From the NCBI GenBank assembly GCA_001782235.1, contig MFOC01000007.1, positions 86,799-150,798 on the forward strand: DNA of 64,000 nucleotides. The letters run 5' to 3'. Made by a program: the position numbers and the translations under genes. How positions within the stretch are numbered: the first letter of the stretch is position 1; every line of letters starts with the position of its first letter. The notes below the pieces were generated by a model. It had not been told where the DNA came from. It worked only from the letters and a program-made list of their open reading frames with translations, and ran no database searches. This DNA is from Candidatus Levybacteria bacterium RIFCSPHIGHO2_02_FULL_40_18. GTDB taxonomy: Bacteria; Patescibacteriota; Microgenomatia; Levybacterales; GWA1-39-11. Below are positions 43,169 through 52,328 of the stretch, one piece after another.

Positions 43169-45673
43169 ATGAAATTACAAGGACTTTCGCAAAAAGTATT
43201 TTTGGATCGCTATTCTTTAAAAGATAAGAAGGGGAAGGCTCTCGAAAAAACCCCTGACCGCATGTGGAGGAGAGTGGCCGCGGCTGTTGCCGGTGTTGAG
43301 ACAACTTCCCAAAATAAGAAGCGCTGGGAAAAGGAATTTTATTCTGCGATGCAGGATTTTAAATATGTTCCCGGAGGAAGAATTTTGGCAGGCGCTGGGA
43401 CCGGTTTTGAAGTTACCTACTATAATTGCTTTGTAATTCCATCCCCCAAAGACTCACGTGAAGGGATTCTTGAAACCCTCAAGCAAATGGTAGAGATTAT
43501 GGCTCGCGGTGGGGGAGTCGGAATAAATCTTTCTTCCTTGCGACCGCGCGGGTTTCGCGTTGAAAAAGTAAACGGCTTCTCTTCAGGTCCCTGCAATTGG
43601 GCAGAACTTTTCTCCGTTGCAACAAAAGACATTATTCAACAGGGAGGTAGTCGCCGAGGGGCATTAATGCTTATGCTCTGGGATTGGCATCCTGATATTG
43701 AAGAATTTATTACTGTTAAACAAGATCTTTCCCGTATAAATGGCGCAAACCTTTCTGTCTGTGTTTCAGATTCTTTCATGGAGCAGGTTGAGCGCGATGG
43801 AGATTGGGACCTTGTCTTTCCGGACAGAAGAGATCCCGAGTATGATACAAAATGGGACGGAGATATATACACATGGCGTGCAATGGGCAAAAAGGTTGTA
43901 AAACATAAGACTATCAAAGCGCGCTACATGTGGGATCTAATTGCCGAGGCCGCCTGGAGATCTGCAGAGCCGGGAGTTGTCTTCATGGAACGATACAATA
44001 AACTGCACAATAATTGGTATTGGAACCGAATTAACTGCGTAAATCCATGCGGAGAGGAGGGCTTGCCGCCGTGGGGAGTTTGCAATCTTGGATCAATTAA
44101 TCTTTCAGCTCTTGTTCACGGCGATAATATTGACAAGAAGGGAAAGTTTGATTTTTCTCTACTTAAGAAAGTCACTCGGGCCGCTGTCCGATTTCAAGAC
44201 AATGTTATTGAAATGGATCCTTATATTTTTGATGGGATCAAAAAGACCCAATATGAAGGAGAAAGAAGAATAGGTCTTGGGACAATGGGTCTTGGAGATG
44301 CTTTGATTAAGCTTCATTTAAGATATGGGTCACCTGAATCCCTTCAGTTTATCGATCGCGTTTATAGAATTATAAGAGACGAGGCGTATAGGACCTCAGT
44401 TGAAATTGGCGCTGAGAAAGGATCTTTTGGAAAGTTTGACAAAAAACTTTATCCTCAGGGCAAGTTCATACAACTGTTGCCTGCTGATATTCAGAATGGA
44501 ATTAAGAAAAAAGGCATTAGAAATTCCATACTTCTTATGCAAGCGCCAACCGGGTCAACATCTCTTCTTGTTAATACAACCTCTGGAATTGAGCCGGTTT
44601 TTGAATTCGAATTTGTGAGGCGCGATAGAATAGGCGAGCATGTTGTCCGCCACTACTTATATGAACAATGGTATAAAAAACACGGCAAGGATATTGAGGC
44701 AGGCAAAATTGAGCGGCCCGATTTCTTTGTGTCGGCGAATGATCTGACGCCAGAAGATCATGTCAGGGCTCAGGCAATAATTCAAAAATATGTTGATGCA
44801 TCTATTTCAAAAACAGTTAATGCGCCTAATGCCCACACAGTTGAAGAAGTAAAAAAGCTTTACAACATGGCATACAAACTTGGTTGCAAAGGCGTTACAT
44901 ATATGAGAGAAGGATCCCGCGCAGGGGTCTTGGAACGCATAGATGATAAGAAGAAGGAAGAAGCTCCAAAGGTTGAAGTAAAAGCCCCACCGGTTACAAA
45001 GAGGCCGCCTGTTATGTATGGCTTGACTTACAAAACCCAAACGCCACTTGGAGACGCATTCATTACTATCAATAAAGATGAAGGAGGAAATCCCTTTGAA
45101 GCCTTTATAACCATTGGCAAATCAGGTTCTGATGTTGCTGCCATGACTGATGCTTTGGGCCGAATGATTTCCCTGACTCTTCGCCTTCAGAGTCCTATAC
45201 CGGCACGAGAACGCGTCAGACAGATTGTCGCACAGCTTTCGGGAATCGGCGGCATGAGAACAATCGGATTTGGAGAAAACAGGGTTCGGTCTGTGCCTGA
45301 TGCTGTAGCAAAAGTTTTAGCAGAGGAATTTGGATTTTCAGTCAACGGGATAGTTCGTGATCTAAAGACTTCGGAAAATACCGTAACAAACGGCCAGGTA
45401 GTTTCGGTATCGAATGGCGCAAACGGAAACGGAATTGTGGCAAAAACAAATGGCATCGTCACAAGTGCCAATGGTATAGCAAGTCCTGCGACTGCGCTAA
45501 ATGAATCGCAAAGCGAGGCGGCAGAGCAGACAGTTGTTATGGAACAATTAAGTATTGGGAGTGAGACCTCGACGCATAGCGCATTTGATTTTTGTCCCTC
45601 ATGCGGAGCAGCAACGCTCGCGCATGAAGAGGGATGCAAAAAATGCTATAGCTGCGGCTATAGTGAATGTTAA
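43169..45673 (+). CDS. nrdJ: Class II (adenosylcobalamin-dependent) ribonucleotide reductase
   Basis: 834 aa; ..GGGVGINLSSLRPRG.., ..NPCGEEGLPPWGVCNLGSINL.., ..APTGSTSLL..; C-terminal Cys4 finger CPSCG..CKKCYSCG. Confidence 0.9.
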   Translation: MKLQGLSQKVFLDRYSLKDKKGKALEKTPDRMWRRVAAAVAGVETTSQNKKRWEKEFYSAMQDFKYVPGGRILAGAGTGFEVTYYNCFVIPSPKDSREGILETLKQMVEIMARGGGVGINLSSLRPRGFRVEKVNGFSSGPCNWAELFSVATKDIIQQGGSRRGALMLMLWDWHPDIEEFITVKQDLSRINGANLSVCVSDSFMEQVERDGDWDLVFPDRRDPEYDTKWDGDIYTWRAMGKKVVKHKTIKARYMWDLIAEAAWRSAEPGVVFMERYNKLHNNWYWNRINCVNPCGEEGLPPWGVCNLGSINLSALVHGDNIDKKGKFDFSLLKKVTRAAVRFQDNVIEMDPYIFDGIKKTQYEGERRIGLGTMGLGDALIKLHLRYGSPESLQFIDRVYRIIRDEAYRTSVEIGAEKGSFGKFDKKLYPQGKFIQLLPADIQNGIKKKGIRNSILLMQAPTGSTSLLVNTTSGIEPVFEFEFVRRDRIGEHVVRHYLYEQWYKKHGKDIEAGKIERPDFFVSANDLTPEDHVRAQAIIQKYVDASISKTVNAPNAHTVEEVKKLYNMAYKLGCKGVTYMREGSRAGVLERIDDKKKEEAPKVEVKAPPVTKRPPVMYGLTYKTQTPLGDAFITINKDEGGNPFEAFITIGKSGSDVAAMTDALGRMISLTLRLQSPIPARERVRQIVAQLSGIGGMRTIGFGENRVRSVPDAVAKVLAEEFGFSVNGIVRDLKTSENTVTNGQVVSVSNGANGNGIVAKTNGIVTSANGIASPATALNESQSEAAEQTVVMEQLSIGSETSTHSAFDFCPSCGAATLAHEEGCKKCYSCGYSEC

Positions 45674-45699
45674 GTTAGCAATTAGCAATTAGTTTCAAA

Positions 45700-45838
45700 T
45701 AAGAGTATATATTTGGTAATCGCCGTGAAAGTCGGCGGAACTGCCGGTACTGTAATATCCAGAAAACAATATATACTTTCATCCCCGAGCAGGGTTAAGC
45801 GAAGAAGAATTCCTCTCGGGTTATCGAGAGGTTTTTTT
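45700..45838 (+). promoter_or_regulatory. Candidate cis-regulatory RNA leader (cobalamin-riboswitch-like core + terminator/antiterminator) ahead of the adenosyltransferase gene
   Basis: Closing helix AGTATATATT(45703-12)/AATATATACT(45768-77). Inside, CGCCG-UGAAAGU-CGGCG and ..CUGCCGGUACUGUAA resemble the GGUG..AA.UCC hairpin and CCCGCCACUGUAA core of B12 elements. CCCGAG (45784-89) can pair with CUCGGG in the terminator. Confidence 0.3.
45812..45838 (+). terminator. Intrinsic terminator
   Basis: CCTCTCG-GGTTAT-CGAGAGG followed by TTTTTTT. Confidence 0.75.
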
Positions 45839-45856
45839 GTGAGCAATAGTTGAACT

Positions 45857-46408
45857 ATGCCTATATATACAAAGACAGGGGATCGCGGAAAAACATCGCT
45901 CTTTTCAGGAAAAAGAGTCTGGAAGCATGATCTCCGTGTCGAAGCATACGGAACCGTTGACGAGCTAAATACTATTTTGGGGCTAGCGCTTGCAGCGCTT
46001 CCTCACAAGAAAAATAAACAAATAGCATATCTTCGTGACTTAATTTTAGAGGTCCAAAAATCCCTTTTTTACATTGGTTCTTATTTTGCCGACCTTCCTG
46101 ACACTCTCGAAGAGATAGATTTGATAGGTAAAACTAATCGGTTCGAAAAAGAAATCGATCTAATGACGAACAAGATGCCAAAGCTTGCGAACTTTATTTT
46201 TCTTGATGGCGGATTGGCCGGGAGTTTTCTCCAGAATGCCCGGGCAATTGCCAGACGGGCAGAAAGGCAAATTGTGAAACTTTCTAAAAAAGAGAAGATA
46301 GATGTGAGACTACTTAAATATATAAACAGGCTCTCCGATTTGTTTTTCACTATGGCGCGTTACGCAAATCATATTGAAGGGAAAAAAGAAAGGATTTGGG
46401 AAAGATAA
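45857..46408 (+). CDS. pduO: ATP:cob(I)alamin adenosyltransferase, PduO type
   Basis: MPIYTKTGDRGKTSLFSGKRV.KHDLRVEAYGTVDELN..; 183 aa. Confidence 0.9.
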   Translation: MPIYTKTGDRGKTSLFSGKRVWKHDLRVEAYGTVDELNTILGLALAALPHKKNKQIAYLRDLILEVQKSLFYIGSYFADLPDTLEEIDLIGKTNRFEKEIDLMTNKMPKLANFIFLDGGLAGSFLQNARAIARRAERQIVKLSKKEKIDVRLLKYINRLSDLFFTMARYANHIEGKKERIWER

Positions 46409-46409
46409 T

Positions 46410-47471
46410 ATGCCAGCAGTTGCCGAAAGAGAAAGGTACGAAATAGTTGGATCTAATGCTTTTAATTTAGAGTACCAAGAAGGTTTACATTCAGAGTCCT
46501 CGATTAAAGAAGATATAATTTCATACTTAGGTGAATATCGTTTTGAAATTCCTAAATACGAATATAGCTTGTTTTTCTCAAGGAATCATAGTGGGACTTC
46601 AATCTTCACCTCTGATGGCGAGACGATGCTTGAAAAATCTCGCAGGGCAATAGCAAAGAAAAAATTACGGCAAGACCCAACGCATCGGGAAGAAAACGAA
46701 ACATTAGGATTAGTAAACCTTGAGAGTCAATTAAAACAGGCAAAAGAAGGCGATACTATTTTCTGGGGGAGTCCGCCTGGGCCAGAAGATGAGGGATATG
46801 GAAACTATGGATTTATTTATAAAGGAAGAATACAGAGTGGGAAAATTCTGATGGCGGCATTGAGAGTCGATAATCCAACAATAGAACAATATAATCGGGC
46901 AATGACCACTTTGACCGGAGCAAGATTTGATCTTCAACATGCCGATGATTTTTTAAGATCCCCGCGCGTTGTAAATAGAGAAGTCTCTGATTCATATATA
47001 GAGCACGTTCTAAAGCAAGGGTTCTCTTATTCTCCAAATCCTGAAAAACAGAAGGATTTTGAGGGGGCCATAAGAATACTTGGGCCTCTTATTGATCGTA
47101 CTATTTTTGCAATACAAAATGGAACCCGCGAAGAAAAACAAAGAACTTTTTATGCTCTTGAAAATTCTGCAATAGAGCTTTGCAACAGTGGTCATGGAAC
47201 TCTTCTTCGCGGGGGATTAGATTATATTATTTTAACACGCAGTTTCGAGCCACCAGTAGCCCGGGGTAGCTGCGGTTCAACCGCAAGTAACATGCTCTTT
47301 TCAGGAGAATCGAGTATAAACGGTATATTAATGCCTGATAAATATGGAGATCGCGAGTTTGAATGTCCTAATTGTCACCAGATAAATGTTCGTCCTATGG
47401 ATCAGCTTCTTGAAAAGTGCCAGCATTGTGGGAGCAGCGCAGTTAGCTGTGAGAGCGATGAATCTTCTTGA
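46410..47471 (+). CDS. Hypothetical protein with a C-terminal zinc ribbon
   Basis: Start taken at ATG 46410, 1 nt after the pduO stop; C-term FECPNCHQINV..CQHCGSS; no family recognised. Confidence 0.5.
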   Translation: MPAVAERERYEIVGSNAFNLEYQEGLHSESSIKEDIISYLGEYRFEIPKYEYSLFFSRNHSGTSIFTSDGETMLEKSRRAIAKKKLRQDPTHREENETLGLVNLESQLKQAKEGDTIFWGSPPGPEDEGYGNYGFIYKGRIQSGKILMAALRVDNPTIEQYNRAMTTLTGARFDLQHADDFLRSPRVVNREVSDSYIEHVLKQGFSYSPNPEKQKDFEGAIRILGPLIDRTIFAIQNGTREEKQRTFYALENSAIELCNSGHGTLLRGGLDYIILTRSFEPPVARGSCGSTASNMLFSGESSINGILMPDKYGDREFECPNCHQINVRPMDQLLEKCQHCGSSAVSCESDESS

Positions 47472-48141
47472 TATTCTTTTTCCTAAGAAATGTATAAATT
47501 GTAAAAAATTTGGGGATTTTTTGTGTGCGGACTGTTTTGCCAAGATTAAATACAATGAATCATTTGAGCCAGTTTCAGGCGAATTAGATGGTGTGATATC
47601 GGCAGTTATTTATAATTCGATAATTCGAAAGTTAATCCGCCAATTCAAGTATAAACCGTACGTCTCAAAGCTTGCAGAAATAATTTCCGAGATTATGAAT
47701 GAGGGACTAGCACAAAATGAAGCTTTTTATAATTTCATCGAACAATTCGAGTCGGTTATTATCCCGATTCCATTAAGCCCAAGGCGCCTGCGCGAGCGCG
47801 GGTATAATCATGCGGAAATCCTAGCATCTTTTGTCGCAAAGTATTTCGATTTAAAAATAGAGCCTAAGATTTTAGTTCGCATTAAAGAAACAAAACCTCA
47901 GTTTAGATTAAATAAAGAGGAACGGAAGAAAAACGTCGAAGATGCGTTCTCGGTTCGCAAAGATCCTAAAACCCCCCTTCTGGGCCAGAGGCCCACCGGT
48001 CCGGCGGCAAACATCCCTAAAGCCGTAGTAATCATAGACGATCTTGCAACAAGTCTTGCGACTCTCAAAGAAGCCGCAAAAGTATTAAAAAGCGCAGGGG
48101 CAAAAAAAGTCCTCGGTGTCACCTTCGCGAGAGAGGTTTAA
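47458..48141 (+). CDS. comF: ComF-family phosphoribosyltransferase-like protein
   Basis: Start at MNLLDILFPKKCINCKKFGDFLCADC (Zn finger); PRT motif VVIIDDLATSLATL. Confidence 0.8.
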   Translation: MNLLDILFPKKCINCKKFGDFLCADCFAKIKYNESFEPVSGELDGVISAVIYNSIIRKLIRQFKYKPYVSKLAEIISEIMNEGLAQNEAFYNFIEQFESVIIPIPLSPRRLRERGYNHAEILASFVAKYFDLKIEPKILVRIKETKPQFRLNKEERKKNVEDAFSVRKDPKTPLLGQRPTGPAANIPKAVVIIDDLATSLATLKEAAKVLKSAGAKKVLGVTFAREV

Positions 48142-48422
48142 AGCATCGATAATGTCCTTTTTAAAGCTTCTTTAAATTGTCTTCTTCCAAAGCCGCTTTT
48201 GAGAAATTCTTCGCGGGCTTTAGCATCCTCTTCATTTATAAAATATTCGTAATAAATGAGCTTTACAGGTAGCCTGAATTTTGTAGCTTTAATTTCTCCT
48301 CTTGCATGTTTTGTTAATCTATTCTTTAGACTTGTCGTAAAGCCAATATATAAACCTTTATCTTTAAGGCTATGGAGGATATATACGTAGTATCTTTTTG
48401 AAACGTCAAACGTTTCTGACAT
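48138..48422 (-). CDS. GIY-YIG nuclease-family protein
   Basis: YYVYILHSLKDKGLYIGFTTSLKNRLTKH..; start at internal ATG (MSETFDV). Confidence 0.75.
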   Translation of the reverse strand: MSETFDVSKRYYVYILHSLKDKGLYIGFTTSLKNRLTKHARGEIKATKFRLPVKLIYYEYFINEEDAKAREEFLKSGFGRRQFKEALKRTLSML

Positions 48423-48486
48423 AAAAATATATCTTTTGAGTGTCGCGTCCAACGCGATCACCTTACAAACGCTGCTTCGTGCGAAG

Positions 48487-48501
48487 CCGCGTTTGACGCG
48501 G
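48487..48501 (-). terminator. Hairpin immediately after ssrA
   Basis: Minus strand CCGCGT-CAA-ACGCGG, followed by a second palindrome GCTTCG-CA-CGAAGC. Confidence 0.4.
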
Positions 48502-48854
48502 TGGAGATGGGGGGCTTTGAGCCCCCGTCCAAAAAAGCATCTATAAAAACATCTACAAGCTTATTCAATTATTTATTGTCATCATGCAAACTCCAATTGA
48601 AAGGATTGAACATGACTAAGATTTAAATTGTTCGAACAAAATCTAAATCGGAACTTTGTCTATATCCAAACTTTGTTTATGCCCATATCTGATCGTTTGG
48701 AAAAATCTAGATATGAACACCAGTTTAAGCTACTGCGTAGCTGTAGGCCGGACTAACATTTCTGTTAGCATTTATTTTTGATACATTTTTACGATTAGTA
48801 TCATTATCGGCTTGCAGTTTTTAAAGAGCAATTCTGTCGATGCAATGCATCCCC
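48500..48854 (-). ncRNA. ssrA: tmRNA (SsrA)
   Basis: 5' GGGGATGCATTGC.., 3' ..GGACGGGGGCTCAAAGCCCCCCATCTCCACC; internal tag frame GCT AAC AGA AAT GTT AGT CCG GCC TAC AGC TAC GCA GTA GCT TAA = ANRNVSPAYSYAVA*. Confidence 0.9.
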
Positions 48855-48874
48855 AATGAGGCTATTATAGCACA

Positions 48875-49312
48875 CTAGAGGATGGTTTTCAACTCGCGCT
48901 CCTGTTCGCGCTCGATGGCCTCTCGACGCTTGTCGCGGCGCTTCTCGCGCTTGTTTTTGCTCTCAACTAAGGCCAGTTCAAGCTTAAAATTGCCGTCCTT
49001 AAGATATATTGACAAAGGAACAATCGTGAATTTTCCCTGGTCGAGCTTTGATTTTAAGGCCAGAATTTCCTTTTTGTGAAGCAAAAGTTTTCGTGTTCGG
49101 TCTTCTTGATAACCTTCAATCCGAGAAAATTCATAAGGGAAAATTTTTGCATTGATTAAGTTTGCTTCGCTTCCTGAAATTCGAACATAAGCCCCAGTGA
49201 TGTCGGCATGGCTAGCGCGAAGTGCTTTTACTTCGCTCCCGAGCAAAACAATCCCAGCCTCAATCTTTTCAAGAGGTTTATATGATTTTATAAAACGATT
49301 AACAATTCTCAT
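48875..49312 (-). CDS. smpB: SsrA-binding protein SmpB
   Basis: ..GIVLLGSEVKALR.., ..RTRKLLLHKKEI.., basic C-tail; ATG 49312 lies 6 nt after TATAAT (49324-49319). Confidence 0.9.
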   Translation of the reverse strand: MRIVNRFIKSYKPLEKIEAGIVLLGSEVKALRASHADITGAYVRISGSEANLINAKIFPYEFSRIEGYQEDRTRKLLLHKKEILALKSKLDQGKFTIVPLSIYLKDGNFKLELALVESKNKREKRRDKRREAIEREQERELKTIL

Positions 49313-49325
49313 CAATCCATTATAT

Positions 49326-49516
49326 CATCGGGTCCTGCCGCTTCGTGATTTTCGCACGTTGAAAGTGACGCTCAGCTTCCTTTAGTTGAAATATTCCATA
49401 TCGTTATCTCGTTCTTCGCTATGTGAACGCAAGTATATGTAAGTTTTATGTAGTTCGAAAATATATTTAAACTTGCATTCGAATCACTTTCAAGTGAAAA
49501 ATCACTTCGCGTCACC
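49326..49516 (-). promoter_or_regulatory. smpB upstream region: conserved element shared with rpoD plus a long-range inverted repeat
   Basis: GTGATTTTCGCACGTTGAAAGTGA (49345-49368) against TCACTTTCAAGTGAAAAATCAC (49484-49505), about 115 nt apart. Reverse complement of 49353-49366 equals 1528-1541 exactly; reverse complement of 49505-49516 equals 1514-1525 exactly. Confidence 0.4.
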
Positions 49517-49525
49517 CAATGGAGT

Positions 49526-51295
49526 TTATAAATCGAAGGAGTAAAGCTTGTTTCCGGTCACGACGTAGGCTGTTTCGCTCTCCTCATCAATTGCAAGAGA
49601 GGAGGCTTTCGACAGATCTTTCCATGAATACTGATTTTTGAGTTCGCCAGTCTTTGAAATAGAAATAATTCTTGCGTTTGTGCGATCCAGAATATAAATA
49701 TTGTCATAATCAACGTCTGTAAAGATCAGCGAATCGGACGATAGATTTTTTGCCAGGCCCGAAATTGTAAACGTGTCTTCCTTTCCTCTTGTGAACTTTC
49801 TTACCTTGCCGCCATCGATAATCCAAATAGAAGCATCAATACTCATGCTTGCGGGATTGCTAAGCGTTATGTCTTCGGTAAAATAATCCGATCTTGCAAA
49901 AGAGGACCCGGAATATTTATCTACAGTTTTGTTAGATGTGCTAAGCCCATACAGGCTTGATCCAAATGTATCAAGGGCAACTGTTGTATCAGGATCTTCT
50001 ACAATTGTTTGAGTTTGTCCCGAGCTTTTTGTTGTTCTTGTAATGCCTTCTGTCCCAAGCAAAAATACAGAATCTTTATTGGCGGCAATTGCCTTAACAT
50101 CTTTATTCTCAGAGTCGATTTCTTTCTCCGATTCCCCATCTTTTGAAAGAAGAGCAATTTTGCCATCTTCGCGAGTTGCAACAAGAGCGCCATCGCGAAC
50201 TATTACCAAATCAACATTTTCAAAAACTACTTTCTGATTAGCAATTGTTGCGCCCGCTCCTAGTTCGCCTATTTTACTTTCTACCTTTCCTATAAACTCA
50301 TCAAGTTTCTTTCTCTCAGAAGTGTTGGACGCAAATTTGTCCCGCGATTCTTCTAGAGTGGTTTTTAATGTGTCAAATTCTTCAAGCGCAAGCCCTTTAT
50401 TTAAACTGATTAGAGCCTCTGCTTCGTCAAATTTTTCTTGCGCGGGTGTCAAAATCTCGGCTAGAAGCTCTCGCCGGCTTGCACTTTCTTGCCTTTGTCT
50501 TTCAAACAAAACGCTTACTATCAACAACAAGCTTAGGAGAATTATTCCCAGTATTATTAATCTTTTTTTACCCACATTGAAAAGATCCAAGCTTATTGTT
50601 GGAATTTTGATTTGGGGAAGCCTGATTTTCCCGCCTTCGCGTTCATGTCCAAGTTCTTCAATGGATTCGTCTTCTTGCGGCGCAGGACCCTGCGTTTCGC
50701 GAGAGGCAGGTTCCTCAATGCCTTTGTACGTAAGAACAATTGCCGCTTCTGACCCTTCCGATTTTTCATGAATTAGGGGGGCCAGGTGTTCTGAGATTTC
50801 CGAGACTTCCCGGTCATCCAAAATACCTGATAATTTGTTAAGAGGGACCTTTTTTGAAAATCCTCCTGTCTCAAGCACAACAATATCATCAGATTTTATA
50901 TTCCCAGAGTAGGCTACAATATTGTCCGCATCACCCCTTGCGATCACGCCAATTTTCCCGTCTCTTTTAAGAATTATCTCTCCCTCGTTTGCAATAACAA
51001 GATAAAGAACATTATCCTTCACTGTTGCAAGGACAATAGAGATAGAATTTTTGTTAATACCTTCAAGTGATTTGTCTAATGCCCCTTTTATATTTGTGAT
51101 GTTTTTGTCATCAAGCGAGAAATATTCTCGCTGAATTTTTTCAAGCAATTCTTTACCTGACGTTACTATGCCAGCCTCGGCATCTTCGGACCTTATGGAA
51201 AGAACTATGTAGAGATTTAAGGTGGAATAAGCCTGAGCCCATGTTGTATCAGTAGGATTTGCAACGACTTTTGATAAGAGAATATTTTGATCCAT
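49526..51295 (-). CDS. Bitopic protein: N-terminal cytoplasmic domain, one TM, C-terminal beta-rich extracellular domain; unknown family
   Basis: 589 aa; TM LIILGIILLSLLLIVSVLF near aa 245. Confidence 0.5.
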   Translation of the reverse strand: MDQNILLSKVVANPTDTTWAQAYSTLNLYIVLSIRSEDAEAGIVTSGKELLEKIQREYFSLDDKNITNIKGALDKSLEGINKNSISIVLATVKDNVLYLVIANEGEIILKRDGKIGVIARGDADNIVAYSGNIKSDDIVVLETGGFSKKVPLNKLSGILDDREVSEISEHLAPLIHEKSEGSEAAIVLTYKGIEEPASRETQGPAPQEDESIEELGHEREGGKIRLPQIKIPTISLDLFNVGKKRLIILGIILLSLLLIVSVLFERQRQESASRRELLAEILTPAQEKFDEAEALISLNKGLALEEFDTLKTTLEESRDKFASNTSERKKLDEFIGKVESKIGELGAGATIANQKVVFENVDLVIVRDGALVATREDGKIALLSKDGESEKEIDSENKDVKAIAANKDSVFLLGTEGITRTTKSSGQTQTIVEDPDTTVALDTFGSSLYGLSTSNKTVDKYSGSSFARSDYFTEDITLSNPASMSIDASIWIIDGGKVRKFTRGKEDTFTISGLAKNLSSDSLIFTDVDYDNIYILDRTNARIISISKTGELKNQYSWKDLSKASSLAIDEESETAYVVTGNKLYSFDL

Positions 51296-51298
51296 GCT

Positions 51299-51535
51299 CT
51301 ATAAGAATAGCACCGCAAAGAATAATAACGCAACTGTTGCCAGAAGATGTACGAGCGTAAAAACAATAAAGATGGGTGAGAATGTTATTTGATTTATAAT
51401 TCTGTTTAAATTCCTAATCTGTAAAAAAAGAATTAGTGCAAAAAGGCCGTATATAGAGATCAATATAATCAGAATGATTCTGAAAAGAGCATCCTGATTG
51501 GAAAAGATCTTAAGAAAAAAATTAAATATTTCCAT
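51299..51535 (-). CDS. Small two-TM membrane protein
   Basis: 78 aa, hydrophobic. Confidence 0.45.
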   Translation of the reverse strand: MEIFNFFLKIFSNQDALFRIILIILISIYGLFALILFLQIRNLNRIINQITFSPIFIVFTLVHLLATVALLFFAVLFL

Positions 51536-51581
51536 AAATTAGAGATCCCGATTTTCATCGGGGTGATCTCATTTCGCCCGG

Positions 51582-52217
51582 TTACTTTAGTGGCTTTCTT
51601 CCTATCATCTCGGCAATAATTTGAACAATTCTGGCCGGTTCCGGCGCGCGGTCAAACTCAAAGTTTGCTTGAGTCGCCGCGGTTTGTACTAACACGTCCC
51701 CATAATTAAATACTGATCTTACAGCTCCGACTTGTGAGTAAGAAACGTCCTCGATAAGATTAATTTTTGTTTCACTGGCGTGCTTAAAAAGAATACCTGA
51801 AACATCAAGATCAATGATTCTTTTGTTAGTTACAAGACCTACATTAAAATACCAAATAGTAAACTCAACCAAAATGAATCCGGCCACAACAAGATAATAA
51901 AAAAGGACCGAAACTACTTGAGTTTGTATGGCAATCTGGAAAAAGGGAGAAAACAAATCGTTGAAAAGAAAAAGGAGCGGAGGAATAAAGATTAATATCA
52001 GAGCGGTAAGAATCCAAGGGACATTGGTTATGAGATCTCGTCTTACGAGAAGCATTATTTCTTCATCTCCCTCCTGATTTTCAAACACTACATTATCGGG
52101 ATTGATTCCAAGCGAGGAATAAAAGTGGACGGATTTTTTGTGGGAAGGTTCTGGTGTACCTTGCGGTATCCGTTCTGAAATAACGAATTCACCACTAAGA
52201 CCATTTTCCCCTGGCAT
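51582..52217 (-). CDS. Membrane protein with a bacterial PH-like (YdbS/T-type) domain; paralogue of 59153..59938
   Basis: Two TM then ..FTIWYFNVGLVTNKRIIDLDVSG..YGDVLVQTA..FEFDRAPEPARI. Confidence 0.5.
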   Translation of the reverse strand: MPGENGLSGEFVISERIPQGTPEPSHKKSVHFYSSLGINPDNVVFENQEGDEEIMLLVRRDLITNVPWILTALILIFIPPLLFLFNDLFSPFFQIAIQTQVVSVLFYYLVVAGFILVEFTIWYFNVGLVTNKRIIDLDVSGILFKHASETKINLIEDVSYSQVGAVRSVFNYGDVLVQTAATQANFEFDRAPEPARIVQIIAEMIGRKPLK

Positions 52218-52234
52218 AATGAGATTATTATATC

Positions 52235-52322
52235 AGAAATAGAATAGCTAAATGGCTATAATGGTTAAAATAGTTCTGGCTCGAAAAACTATTCTAGCTT
52301 ATTCTAACTATTCAACTATTTG
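52235..52322. repeat. Quasi-palindromic word-repeat spacer (ATAGAAT/ATAGCTA family)
   Basis: AGAAATAGAATAGCTAAATGGCTATAATGGTTAAAATAGTTCTGG / CTCGAAAAACTATTCTAGCTTATTCTAACTATTCAACTATTTG. Confidence 0.55.
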
Positions 52323-52328
52323 ATCTTT

